Source: a virus (taxonomy: Duplodnaviria > Caudoviricetes). Taken from it: a stretch of DNA of 64,000 nucleotides. Position numbers and translations under genes: made by a program. Shown piece after piece: positions 40,324 through 48,504 of the stretch. Numbering within the stretch: the stretch's first letter is position 1; the number at the start of each line of letters is the position of its first letter. The notes below the pieces were generated by a model. It saw nothing but the letters and a program-made list of their open reading frames with translations, did no database searches and was not told where the DNA came from. The stretch is taken from the IMG/VR virus record IMGVR_UViG_3300037183_000125, positions 32,001 to 96,000 of that record. One strand, given 5' to 3'.

Positions 40324-41487
40324 TCAGCCTCCGGGGAGCCGACGGAGGGTCTGGGCAGGGTCCCCGTTCAGGGCGGAGAACGGGTTCGGGTTCCCGACGA
40401 CGCGGGCGAGGGGGACCTCAACCTGGCTCCGGCTGACTATGACGGCGTTCAGGACGGCCACGGTCGGGTCGTTCGGGAGAAGCTGGACGTCGACCGAGCC
40501 GAGCTGGAGGGGGAACTCCGCGTCCGTGACCTTCTGCTGCGGAAAGTTCGCCTCCTGGCCGGTCTTGAGACTCTGGTATGTGGCGAAAGCCTGGGTGACG
40601 TCGACCGAGATGAGGGCGTTGACGCTCGAGGAGGCCGTGTTGCCCTTCCCGCCGATCCTGTCGACGAGGCCGCTGCCGAGCCAGCTCCACTTCCAGTGGG
40701 ACCCGATCTTGGTCAGGAGGAACTTCTCGAACTCCTGGACAAGCAAGTCGGTATTCTGGACGGTGTCGTACGTGCCATTGTTGATGGTGTAGTCGTACTC
40801 TACGCGGGTTCCGAAGCACCGGCGGCAGTACTGGGCCGCCGTCACGTAAGACAGCTCCACCAGGGGGTCCGCGTTCGGGAGAGGCTCATCGAACAAGAGA
40901 ATGCGGTCCTGAATGACGGGGGAGCTCGGGTCAAGCTGGACGGACCACCCGGGGAAGATCTTCGTCCCGGTGACAGCGCGGCCGGGAACGATGCCGACCT
41001 CCGAGTAGGCGCCGAGGACCCGGGCCGTGGTCGGGAGCGAGCCAACCCTGTCAGTCCACCTCGGATCGTGGAACTGGAAGGCCGTACCCCTGGACGGGCC
41101 GCGCGTCGAGACGACCACGCGCTTCCCGTCGGCATAGACGAGGAAGTCCGGGAGCTGGCGCTGGAGGCCGATCGCCATGTCCGAGGCCGAGACGGCGGGG
41201 CCCGGGGTGAGCTGAAGAAGCCGCGGCATGCCGAACCCGACGGCCATCAGGAGAAGGTCGTTCACGCCCGCCTGGACCCGGTACGGGCCGGGCTTGAAGA
41301 AGGGGAGCGAGGCGGTGGACCAGAGCCCGGACTTCGGGACCGGGACGCGGTCGACGTAAACGGCCACGCCGGAGTTGTTGGGGGGCCTCGGGAAGGAGCA
41401 AGACCGCTTCGTCCCCTGGTCGACGGGGCAGGCCTCGAAGAAGACCTGGTGCGGACAGACGGCAGCTGTGGCAAAGTCGTACGACAT
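40324..41487 (-). CDS. gp25/gpW-like baseplate protein (sheath initiator) with N-terminal extension
   Basis: 387 aa; C-terminal 'LLVQEFEKFLLTKIGSH....WLGSGLVDRIG' is a gp25 signature; CRRC and N-terminal CPH; one IN-type module. Confidence 0.75.
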   Translation of the reverse strand: MSYDFATAAVCPHQVFFEACPVDQGTKRSCSFPRPPNNSGVAVYVDRVPVPKSGLWSTASLPFFKPGPYRVQAGVNDLLLMAVGFGMPRLLQLTPGPAVSASDMAIGLQRQLPDFLVYADGKRVVVSTRGPSRGTAFQFHDPRWTDRVGSLPTTARVLGAYSEVGIVPGRAVTGTKIFPGWSVQLDPSSPVIQDRILLFDEPLPNADPLVELSYVTAAQYCRRCFGTRVEYDYTINNGTYDTVQNTDLLVQEFEKFLLTKIGSHWKWSWLGSGLVDRIGGKGNTASSSVNALISVDVTQAFATYQSLKTGQEANFPQQKVTDAEFPLQLGSVDVQLLPNDPTVAVLNAVIVSRSQVEVPLARVVGNPNPFSALNGDPAQTLRRLPGG

Positions 41488-41495
41488 ACTGTTCC

Positions 41496-42221
41496 TCAGA
41501 CCGGGACGCGCTGGTCGTTCTGCTCGCCCTGCTGGATGGCGTCGGAGTAGGAGAGGTCGCCAGGCCTGCCTACGGCGAGGCCAAAGACGTCCTCCAGGTT
41601 GTCGACCACGTTCGCCGAGCCAGGGGTCACCATCTGGACCTCAATGCCGACCACCTGGCTGTCGAAGGACTTGGTCGAGGTGTCGTCGAGGACGGCGGTA
41701 AGAAGGACTATCTCGTTCTGGAGCTGGTCCGAGTAGTCGAGAGCACGCTTGATCTTGAACTCGAGCCTCTCGCGCTTGGCCTTAATGGCCGCGAGCTGCC
41801 ACCCCTTCAGGCTCTCGACGAGCAGGCCGAGGTCCCGGTCGAAGCGCTGGGTGCCGCGCTCGCGCCGGCCGTTCGAAAAGGTGTCCGAGAACCCGCTCGC
41901 GGTGTTTCCGACCTGACCGTTCATGGAAACACCCTTCGTCTTGAACACAGGCTTGTCCGAGGTCCGGAGAAGCATGTCGCGCTCCGGCACCCCGCCGAGA
42001 ACCCGGTACGCGGCGATAAGCTTCGCCGCGTAGCTCCCGGCCGAGGCCGAGAACGAGACCGGCATCGGGCCGTCGTAGGTGGTCTCGAAGATGCCGTTCA
42101 TGGAAAGCTGCTTCTGGAGCCAGTTGATCCTAAGCTGGACGTCGACTTTCTGGATGCGCGCGAAGGCCTTGAAGGCCTCCCATTGACCCGAGGTCATTGT
42201 ACCAAAAAAGTTGAACGCCAT
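41496..42221 (-). CDS. Hypothetical baseplate-region protein with coiled coil
   Basis: 241 aa; GC3-biased; in the operon immediately before the gp25-like gene. Confidence 0.7.
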   Translation of the reverse strand: MAFNFFGTMTSGQWEAFKAFARIQKVDVQLRINWLQKQLSMNGIFETTYDGPMPVSFSASAGSYAAKLIAAYRVLGGVPERDMLLRTSDKPVFKTKGVSMNGQVGNTASGFSDTFSNGRRERGTQRFDRDLGLLVESLKGWQLAAIKAKRERLEFKIKRALDYSDQLQNEIVLLTAVLDDTSTKSFDSQVVGIEVQMVTPGSANVVDNLEDVFGLAVGRPGDLSYSDAIQQGEQNDQRVPV

Positions 42222-42229
42222 TTCAGTGG

Positions 42230-42991
42230 TTACTTCCTAGTATGTATACAGATACCGCCGCCAAGGTGTTTGCTGAAATTGCAATTCCAACACAGGATTT
42301 GAAAGCGACTCCTGTCCATTGTTCCGTCTAAGAGACCACGATAAAAGCCAGCGGACCCGAAGCTTTCTTGTTTTCTAGAAGAATTGCCATCATCATGTAG
42401 ATGATCGATCGTCAGGAAAGACGATGATAGTTCACCGCAACAAGCACACTTCCCTCCGAAAGAGGTTATTACGGAAGCTCGTAAAGCGCGAAGAGCGAGC
42501 CGGTTGGTCCCATTCCCACAGTTCCTGCACTCTGTCCGCTTTCTTCTCCCATACTTCGGGTGAGCGGACGAGCGGACGAGCTTCGGCGATCCGCATTTTT
42601 TACACGGTTCTCCAGAACATTCATACTTGGACTTCAAGGGAAGTGGACGGCGCAAATCAAGATTGCCGCCGGAGTTGCAGTTTCGGCACTGCACAGCGTA
42701 GTCCTCTGGCGGTCTCAGCCCGCGGGCTATCTCGAGATAGATCTGCCGTCGTCCTGTCTCAGACCTGTCCTTCGCTCCGTCACCGTTCAGGTGACCGAGG
42801 GTCAGAAACTCAAGCTCAGTCTCCCCGCAGTCTCTGCAGACAGGACCGCCCAGCTTCTCGAAGGCCCCGAGCTTCGCCCGGAGATGGCGGTCCTTGTCGT
42901 ATTGCTTGAAGGCCTCCGGGTTGGACTCCCGGTATGCGGGCATGTAGGACTTCCGGTAGTCCTTCATGTAGGCTTTCTGGTCGAACGTCAT
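42230..42991 (-). CDS. Free-standing tandem-HNH endonuclease (family B)
   Basis: Two CxxCGE...LT(L/I)(G/D)HL..DG...Q..CxNCN units with a central CKKCG...RTECRNC zinc ribbon; AT-rich 3' half. Confidence 0.8.
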   Translation of the reverse strand: MTFDQKAYMKDYRKSYMPAYRESNPEAFKQYDKDRHLRAKLGAFEKLGGPVCRDCGETELEFLTLGHLNGDGAKDRSETGRRQIYLEIARGLRPPEDYAVQCRNCNSGGNLDLRRPLPLKSKYECSGEPCKKCGSPKLVRSSAHPKYGRRKRTECRNCGNGTNRLALRALRASVITSFGGKCACCGELSSSFLTIDHLHDDGNSSRKQESFGSAGFYRGLLDGTMDRSRFQILCWNCNFSKHLGGGICIHTRK

Positions 42992-43028
42992 GTCCTGACG
43001 AACGATACCGAAAAAGGAAAGCCCCCGT

Positions 43029-43244
43029 TCAGTCGGACTCCGGCTTCGTCGACTCCGTGTGCTTCTCGGGTTCGACCTTCGTCAGGTCGTCCTCGCCGCC
43101 GTACGTGAACGAGGCGGACACGACGGAGTGGCCGGCTGCCTTGAGGGCGCGCACGAAGTCGGCCGTCATGACGTTGGCGTCGTCCTTCCTGCCGTTGTTG
43201 TGGTGAATACCGACGCCGCGGACCGTGATGTTCCAGTTTCCCAT
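43029..43244 (-). CDS. Small hypothetical protein (71 aa)
   Basis: GAGGT SD; strong GC3 bias; ordinary globular-looking sequence. Confidence 0.65.
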   Translation of the reverse strand: MGNWNITVRGVGIHHNNGRKDDANVMTADFVRALKAAGHSVVSASFTYGGEDDLTKVEPEKHTESTKPESD

Positions 43245-43254
43245 GTTGAATACC

Positions 43255-43655
43255 TCAGGCTAGAACGGCAATCGAAAGCTCATATCCCTCGAGATGGTCG
43301 GGATGGTTCGCCTTGTCGTCCCCGGACGATACTATGGCACCCGATTTTCGGTTCCGGGCCCGAGAACGGATGCACTCCCTACAGTCCCGTCTTCCACGAG
43401 AAGTGCGGGTATTCTCTGGAATAAGCACATGTCCTTTCTTACACTTAGTAGGAGAACATAGAAGACATACTCGATGCCCGCTCTTCGAAAGGAAATAACT
43501 TCCGTCGACGAACGGGTGCCCCTTCGAACAGGAGGTCTTAGCCTCTCTTCGGGCCCTCGTCGTGCACTCGTTACATACCGTCCTCGGAAATCGGCTCCCA
43601 GGACGAGAAATACGAAACTTCACATCTTTTTCAGACAAACCACACTTTTTACAAA
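43255..43655 (-). pseudogene. C-terminal zinc-module part of the GIY-YIG endonuclease, out of frame (+1)
   Basis: The frame is open upstream of the track's TTG and reads CKKCGLSEKDVKF...RTVCNEC, then two C-x2-GH...R-x-C-x2-C modules. It joins the GIY-YIG ORF at GTG TTT TTG TAA if one T is skipped. Confidence 0.6.
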
Positions 43656-44206
43656 AACACCTCTCCAGGAACGACGAGTGACTTAGTCCGTTTCAGAGAG
43701 TTTGATATCTTCCCCCTCGTCGCCGAATGATGATGGCGTGAAGAACTGGACGATGATATCTTCTGAAGTGTGACGGGGGAGTGCTTCCATCCAGTAAGAG
43801 AAGTCCTATAGGAAGGGTTAGACCAAAGTTCCTTCTTGACGTCCAACATCCGGGCACGATATTCTGGCCTAAGCCATGGATTAGACCGAAGAGGACGGGA
43901 TGGATGCGAATCTCCTCCTTTGGAAAGATTGAACCCTTTCTCCGGATCCCGTGTGTCGAGTTCTTCGATCCAGCGCTGCTCAGCGGTGTTCGCCTCCTCA
44001 AGAGTCTCATGCTTCCCAAGGACCTCGTGCGAGAAGGCATCTTTTCCATATTTGCGGATTGCGTTCTGGAAGTAAGAGCGACCATCGCCGGAACGCTTTG
44101 CCTGGGCACAGTGCTGGTTCCAACGGTGCATCATCGTGTATTTCGTCAGGCCAACGTAGCGGCGGCCTGACTCGACGTGTGTGTGACAGTAGACGGTCCA
44201 GGACAT
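43649..44206 (-). CDS. GIY-YIG homing endonuclease with NUMOD3-like repeats
   Basis: 'TVYCHTH..SGRRYVGLT.....RW..H...FQNAIRKYG..AF..EVL...EQRWI.......GFNL..GG' followed by 'HS..T..KIS' twice. Confidence 0.85.
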   Translation of the reverse strand: MSWTVYCHTHVESGRRYVGLTKYTMMHRWNQHCAQAKRSGDGRSYFQNAIRKYGKDAFSHEVLGKHETLEEANTAEQRWIEELDTRDPEKGFNLSKGGDSHPSRPLRSNPWLRPEYRARMLDVKKELWSNPSYRTSLTGWKHSPVTLQKISSSSSSRHHHSATRGKISNSLKRTKSLVVPGEVFL

Positions 44207-44232
44207 GATCCCGGAACCAATCCATGAAAGTC

Positions 44233-46542
44233 CTAGAGCCCTAAAATGAACTTCAGGGCGCCGAGGGCGGCTATGGACCCAGCGCCGGGGCCGCCGAAGG
44301 TCATGACCATCCCGGAGTGAAGGCCGAACGGGGAGGAGCCGGGCTTGTTCTCAGAGGACTGCAGGTCCTGGACCAGGGAGTCCGCGCTCCCGTTCGACGA
44401 GCTGAGGGCCAGGACGGAGAGGGTGACGCTAACGTTCAGGATCCGTATGATCTCGTCGAGCGTCCTCAGTACCTGGGCGAGGGCCTCTATCTTCTGGATG
44501 AGAGTCTCGACGATGTCCACGATCTCCTGGAGGGCCGAGGCGAAGGCCTTGAGGAGGGACTTCAAGAACTGCTCGAGGTCGAAGACGAAGGGGACGAGGG
44601 CCGGGAAGAGGTCGCCGACGGTGAGCGAATACCAGGACAGATACGACGTCTGGGTACTGACGGTCGAAAGGGACGAGTGGAGGAAGGCCGCCAGCGCCTG
44701 CCTCTCCTCGACCGTGACGAAGGTGGCGCCGGCGATGGGGGTCAGCGGACACGGGCCGTCCAGGGGGGCGCCGTCCGAGTAGGACTCCTCGGCCGCGAGA
44801 TACGCCTCTATGCGCTGGGCCACGTGGGGCGTCACGCCGCCGACGACGCCGACGAAGGACCAGGGGAGCTGGTCGTCGGTCGACTGGTCCCCGGACGCGA
44901 TCGCCAGGGTGGTGCTGGTCAAGGTCGGGACCAGACGGTCGACCACGTCCTTGACGTCCGAGGTCCACTGCTTGGAGAGCATGTCCACGAGCTGAGGGGT
45001 GTTGGCGAGGACGGTCGCCACCTTGTTCGCCAGGCGGCGGGACGAGGCCTTAAACACCACGCTGTTCCGGAGGAGGTTCGACTTCGGGTAGGCCGACTTG
45101 AGAGACCCGACCTGTCCGCCCACGGAGCCGAGCGTGCCCCAGCCCGTGCGCTGCTCGTTCCGGAAGACCGAGTTCGACAGGCCGCTCCCGGGAGGGAACA
45201 CGGCGGGGAGGTCGAAGTTGAGAAGGAGGCCTGCCTGGACGGCGCGATAGACGTCCGTGTAGGCGTTGAAGGCGAGAGAGTTCCCGGAGGGGTCCCTCAG
45301 GACGCGCGGGACGAAGCCCTTGGCGACGGGGGACGGCTTCCCGAGCGTCATCTTCGGGCTAGTCCGGATGCGCTTTTGGTTCCCGTCCGTGAAGACGAGA
45401 GGGCTTCCGGAGGCCGTCAGGGAGCCGACCGTGGCCTGCACGTAGTCCTTCGAGTCTCCGAAGAAGGCGCGGACGCGGTAGTAGTAGGTCTTGCCGGGCT
45501 TGAGGACGGGGTCCTCGTCGAGGAAGCGGTAGACGCCGGTCGCGATGCCGCCGACGAGGTCGAGCGCCGAGTCGACCGAGGAGTTGGAGCCGCCCGTGTC
45601 GCCCGCGGTCGCCTTCCCGCCAGGGCCGAACTGGATGGGGATCCTGGTCGGGAAGTGCTTGTAGACGGAGCCGTCCTCCTCGCGCAGGGTGGAGAGGGCG
45701 CCGACCGCGGGGAAGTCGTACCTGGCGGTGACGCCGTCGACCACCTTCCCGACGGTCTGCGACGCCACGGGGACGCGGACAGGGTCGCCCTGCGGGCTCA
45801 GCTGTGGGTCGCCCTCGTCCTGCGGGAACGGGCCGGTCCTCTCGACGACGAAGTTCGGGAACCTGAACTGGTTGTAGAGGGAGACCGCCTGGCCGGCGAA
45901 GCCCTGGGAGGCCTGCCCCGAGGCGGACTGCGGCATCCTCCACTCGAGCTGGAGCGCCTGCCTCAGGCCGGGCTCGAACATCTGCCGGAACTGCGTGATG
46001 GCGTTCCCGGACTGGTTGATCGGGGTGGCCTTGAGGCTGACCGGCGCCGGGAGGCCGGAAAGGTTGATCGGGTGCTTGATGAGGGCGAGGAGCGAGAAGA
46101 GAAGGCCCATCAGGTCGCCCGGGGAGTCCACGCCGATGTACAGGACGAGCATGGCGACCGAGGACCCCGGCGGGTACTGGGGGCGGAACTCGTCGGACGT
46201 GTCGTAGAACTTCCCGACGACCTTCGACTCGAAGCCCGGGTAGGCGCCGCTCACGGAATAGAGGACGCCCGAGAAGTCGGGCTGACTGAAATCCGGGTGA
46301 ACCAGGAGGACCGAGAAGCCGGTCGACCGTATCTGGTTGATCAGCGCCCGGACGGCGGCCAGGAGAAGGGCGACGAGCGCGCGGAGCGGGTTGCCAAGGT
46401 CGAGGAAGAACGGCTTCAAGAGGGCGAGGATGGCTTCGAGTATGGCCTCGACGGCCTCGAGCGCCTGCAGGGCCCCCTCGACGGGCGGGATCAGGGGCTC
46501 GAAGACATCGAACTTAACTCTCAAAGTCCGGAACTCGGCCAT
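44233..46542 (-). CDS. Baseplate-region structural protein with FN3-like core and helical termini
   Basis: 769 aa; 'LPAPVSLKA...LEW' and 'PGKTYYYRVRAF' FN3-like elements; amphipathic helices at both ends. Confidence 0.7.
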   Translation of the reverse strand: MAEFRTLRVKFDVFEPLIPPVEGALQALEAVEAILEAILALLKPFFLDLGNPLRALVALLLAAVRALINQIRSTGFSVLLVHPDFSQPDFSGVLYSVSGAYPGFESKVVGKFYDTSDEFRPQYPPGSSVAMLVLYIGVDSPGDLMGLLFSLLALIKHPINLSGLPAPVSLKATPINQSGNAITQFRQMFEPGLRQALQLEWRMPQSASGQASQGFAGQAVSLYNQFRFPNFVVERTGPFPQDEGDPQLSPQGDPVRVPVASQTVGKVVDGVTARYDFPAVGALSTLREEDGSVYKHFPTRIPIQFGPGGKATAGDTGGSNSSVDSALDLVGGIATGVYRFLDEDPVLKPGKTYYYRVRAFFGDSKDYVQATVGSLTASGSPLVFTDGNQKRIRTSPKMTLGKPSPVAKGFVPRVLRDPSGNSLAFNAYTDVYRAVQAGLLLNFDLPAVFPPGSGLSNSVFRNEQRTGWGTLGSVGGQVGSLKSAYPKSNLLRNSVVFKASSRRLANKVATVLANTPQLVDMLSKQWTSDVKDVVDRLVPTLTSTTLAIASGDQSTDDQLPWSFVGVVGGVTPHVAQRIEAYLAAEESYSDGAPLDGPCPLTPIAGATFVTVEERQALAAFLHSSLSTVSTQTSYLSWYSLTVGDLFPALVPFVFDLEQFLKSLLKAFASALQEIVDIVETLIQKIEALAQVLRTLDEIIRILNVSVTLSVLALSSSNGSADSLVQDLQSSENKPGSSPFGLHSGMVMTFGGPGAGSIAALGALKFILGL

Positions 46543-47391
46543 CTACGGACTCCTAGTATGAGGACATGAGCCATAAAGACCCTTACTGCAGTTGCAGTTC
46601 CAACACAGAATTTGATATATAGAGGTATCCGAAGAATCCCGAATCTCCCGAAGAGTTTGAAGACGGCTTTGTCGTTTCCTGCACTCATTGCCGTCATTGT
46701 TCATATGATCTATAGTCAATACATCTTTGTCTCCCATGCCACAACAGACGCATGACGATCCAAGCTTTTCAAAAACGACATTCTTGAGCTTAGACCTGTA
46801 GGCTCTTTCGCAACCGATAAGCTTAGGACGAGTTGAGTCATGCAATACTTTCGGTACTTTCTTGTAGTTGCAGTTCCAGCAGAGAAGCTGATACTCCCGA
46901 CTCGGGACGCCGTCACGTATTTCGATATATACTGGGATCGATGTCCCTTTACCGAGAGTCCTGAGCTCTTTCCTGTGTTCGGCCCCGTCGTTGTTTACGT
47001 GATCAACGACGAGAAAGTCAGGCTCGGACTCACCACATGCTTTGCAAGACCCGCCAAGAAGAGCTATGGCGGTTAACTTCAATAGTTCTCTATAAAGACG
47101 ACCTTTTTTCTTTATGAGAAGAACAAATTCAGGGTCTTTTCTTTTTCGTTCATACCATATGCGAAGGGTCTCTTTTATTTGATCTGAATTCTCTGCTCGG
47201 TAGATGACCCTGGACTGAAGGATCTGGTCCCTGTTTTTAACATACCAGCCATGTTTATATTCGGGCCTCTTCTTTATCTTCTCGGGATGCGCTTTAGCAC
47301 GGGATTTAGCACGAGCCTTCGTCAAGAGATGGTTCTTCCCGTACCATCTTTTCGAGGCGGCCTTTTTGTCCTCTTTGTTCGCGTACGGCAT
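46543..47391 (-). CDS. Free-standing tandem-HNH endonuclease (family B)
   Basis: Two CxxCG...L..DH.NNDG...YQ.LCWNCN units and a basic N-terminal repeat; AT-rich. Start at 47391 (MPYANKEDK) preferred; 47427 is possible. Confidence 0.8.
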   Translation of the reverse strand: MPYANKEDKKAASKRWYGKNHLLTKARAKSRAKAHPEKIKKRPEYKHGWYVKNRDQILQSRVIYRAENSDQIKETLRIWYERKRKDPEFVLLIKKKGRLYRELLKLTAIALLGGSCKACGESEPDFLVVDHVNNDGAEHRKELRTLGKGTSIPVYIEIRDGVPSREYQLLCWNCNYKKVPKVLHDSTRPKLIGCERAYRSKLKNVVFEKLGSSCVCCGMGDKDVLTIDHMNNDGNECRKRQSRLQTLREIRDSSDTSIYQILCWNCNCSKGLYGSCPHTRSP

Positions 47392-47463
47392 GCGAACGAT
47401 GGTTGAATAAGACTCCAAGATTGACATATTCGATCCCGAAGGGAACCAGTCTTAATCCAGAAG

Positions 47464-47643
47464 TCAGCGCTTCCCGAAGCGGGCGGCGACGGCGCGCTTC
47501 CTGTCGAGCTCGGCCTTCAGGCCGTCGATGGTGGCCGCCACGGCATCGCGGGTGGTCTGGACGGCCTCCCGGACCGGGCCGAGGCCGACCTGGGCGCCGT
47601 GCGTCCACTCGTTCTTCTTCGGCGGGTCCTTCTTCTCTTCCAT
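47464..47643 (-). CDS. Small coiled-coil protein (59 aa)
   Basis: ATG 47643 preceded by GAGGTG SD; MEEKKDPPKKNEW...IDGLKAELDRK. Confidence 0.6.
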   Translation of the reverse strand: MEEKKDPPKKNEWTHGAQVGLGPVREAVQTTRDAVAATIDGLKAELDRKRAVAARFGKR

Positions 47644-47669
47644 TCGCTCACCTCGGGAGAAAAGGAACC

Positions 47670-48077
47670 CTACGAGCCCATGACGAGCATGGAAAGGCAC
47701 AGCTCGTCCGGGCAGGAGGCGAACTCCCCGGGATGGAAGGACAGGCTATGGCCCTCTTCGAAGAACTTGTCGGACCAACGGCGCGGGTTGACGACGTGGG
47801 AAAGGGCAACCTCGTCCGGGCCGAACAGGCTGACGACCCCCTGCACCCTCGAACGGTCCACGTAGACGGACATCCCGTACATGACGCCCATGAGGCCGAG
47901 CCTGAGGTCGCCGGCCTTGGTGTTGATGTCGATGACGTCGCTCGCGAACTTCCGGAGGTCCACGAAGTCGAGGGCGGCCATGCGCATGGACTTCGGCTTC
48001 CCGAGATCTCGGGCATAGACCACAGCGTCCTTTATCTTGACCGCATCCCAGTAGGAAAGGTCGTAGGCCTTCCTCAT
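47670..48077 (-). CDS. Hypothetical protein ending CPDELCLSMLVMGS
   Basis: 135 aa; GC3-biased; ATGA-coupled to the HNH fragment upstream. Confidence 0.65.
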   Translation of the reverse strand: MRKAYDLSYWDAVKIKDAVVYARDLGKPKSMRMAALDFVDLRKFASDVIDINTKAGDLRLGLMGVMYGMSVYVDRSRVQGVVSLFGPDEVALSHVVNPRRWSDKFFEEGHSLSFHPGEFASCPDELCLSMLVMGS

Positions 48078-48504
48078 AGCGAGTTGGCCTTCAGTCTATG
48101 ACACAAAGCACACCGTACATCACATTTCGCTATTTCCGAAAGGAGGCCTTCAATAGAGTTGTTTCGTCCGTCGGTACCAACGTTAAAAGACTTCAGTGAC
48201 GGATCCCGATGATCGAAGTCCATCAATTCATGGATACGCAGGCAGAAACCATCTCGGCCACACAGTATGTCTTATCTCCAAGATGGTCAAAGTCCATCGC
48301 AAAAGATGGGTAACTCAGTCCGCAGTCGAAGCACGGAACGTTCTTACGAAGGATACACTCGTTCCGAAGGGACTGACGATGCAAGTCTCTACGGTTGGAA
48401 AAAACCTCTCGATTTTCGACGAAGTATTTTCTCATGTAGGTTTTCCTACAAACAGAACAACGTGAACCAGCCACCTCGTGACCCATCTTGCAGATCCGAG
48501 TCAT
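48074..48504 (-). pseudogene. Split / internally deleted tandem-HNH endonuclease (family A) in two fragments: 48223..48504 and 48074..48223
   Basis: Fragment 1 ends PCFDC...MDFDH...VSMN*. An overlapping TGATG then opens MDFDHRDPSLKSFNV...EIAKCDVRCALCHRLKANSL* (49 aa, not in the track). Confidence 0.75.

Noticed and set aside
43011-43047. Possible intrinsic terminator (AAGCC...GGCTT followed by TCCTTTTT on -)
   Set aside because: Stem is short and interrupted; too weak to call without a folding calculation.
47421-47456. TTGACA as a sigma70 -35 on +
   Set aside because: No -10 box at 16-18 nt spacing and no + strand gene downstream.
36209-48504. Endonucleases as group I intron or intein cargo
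   Set aside because: Flanking genes are complete and often overlap the endonuclease ORFs, leaving no room for intron cores; no intein splice motifs seen.
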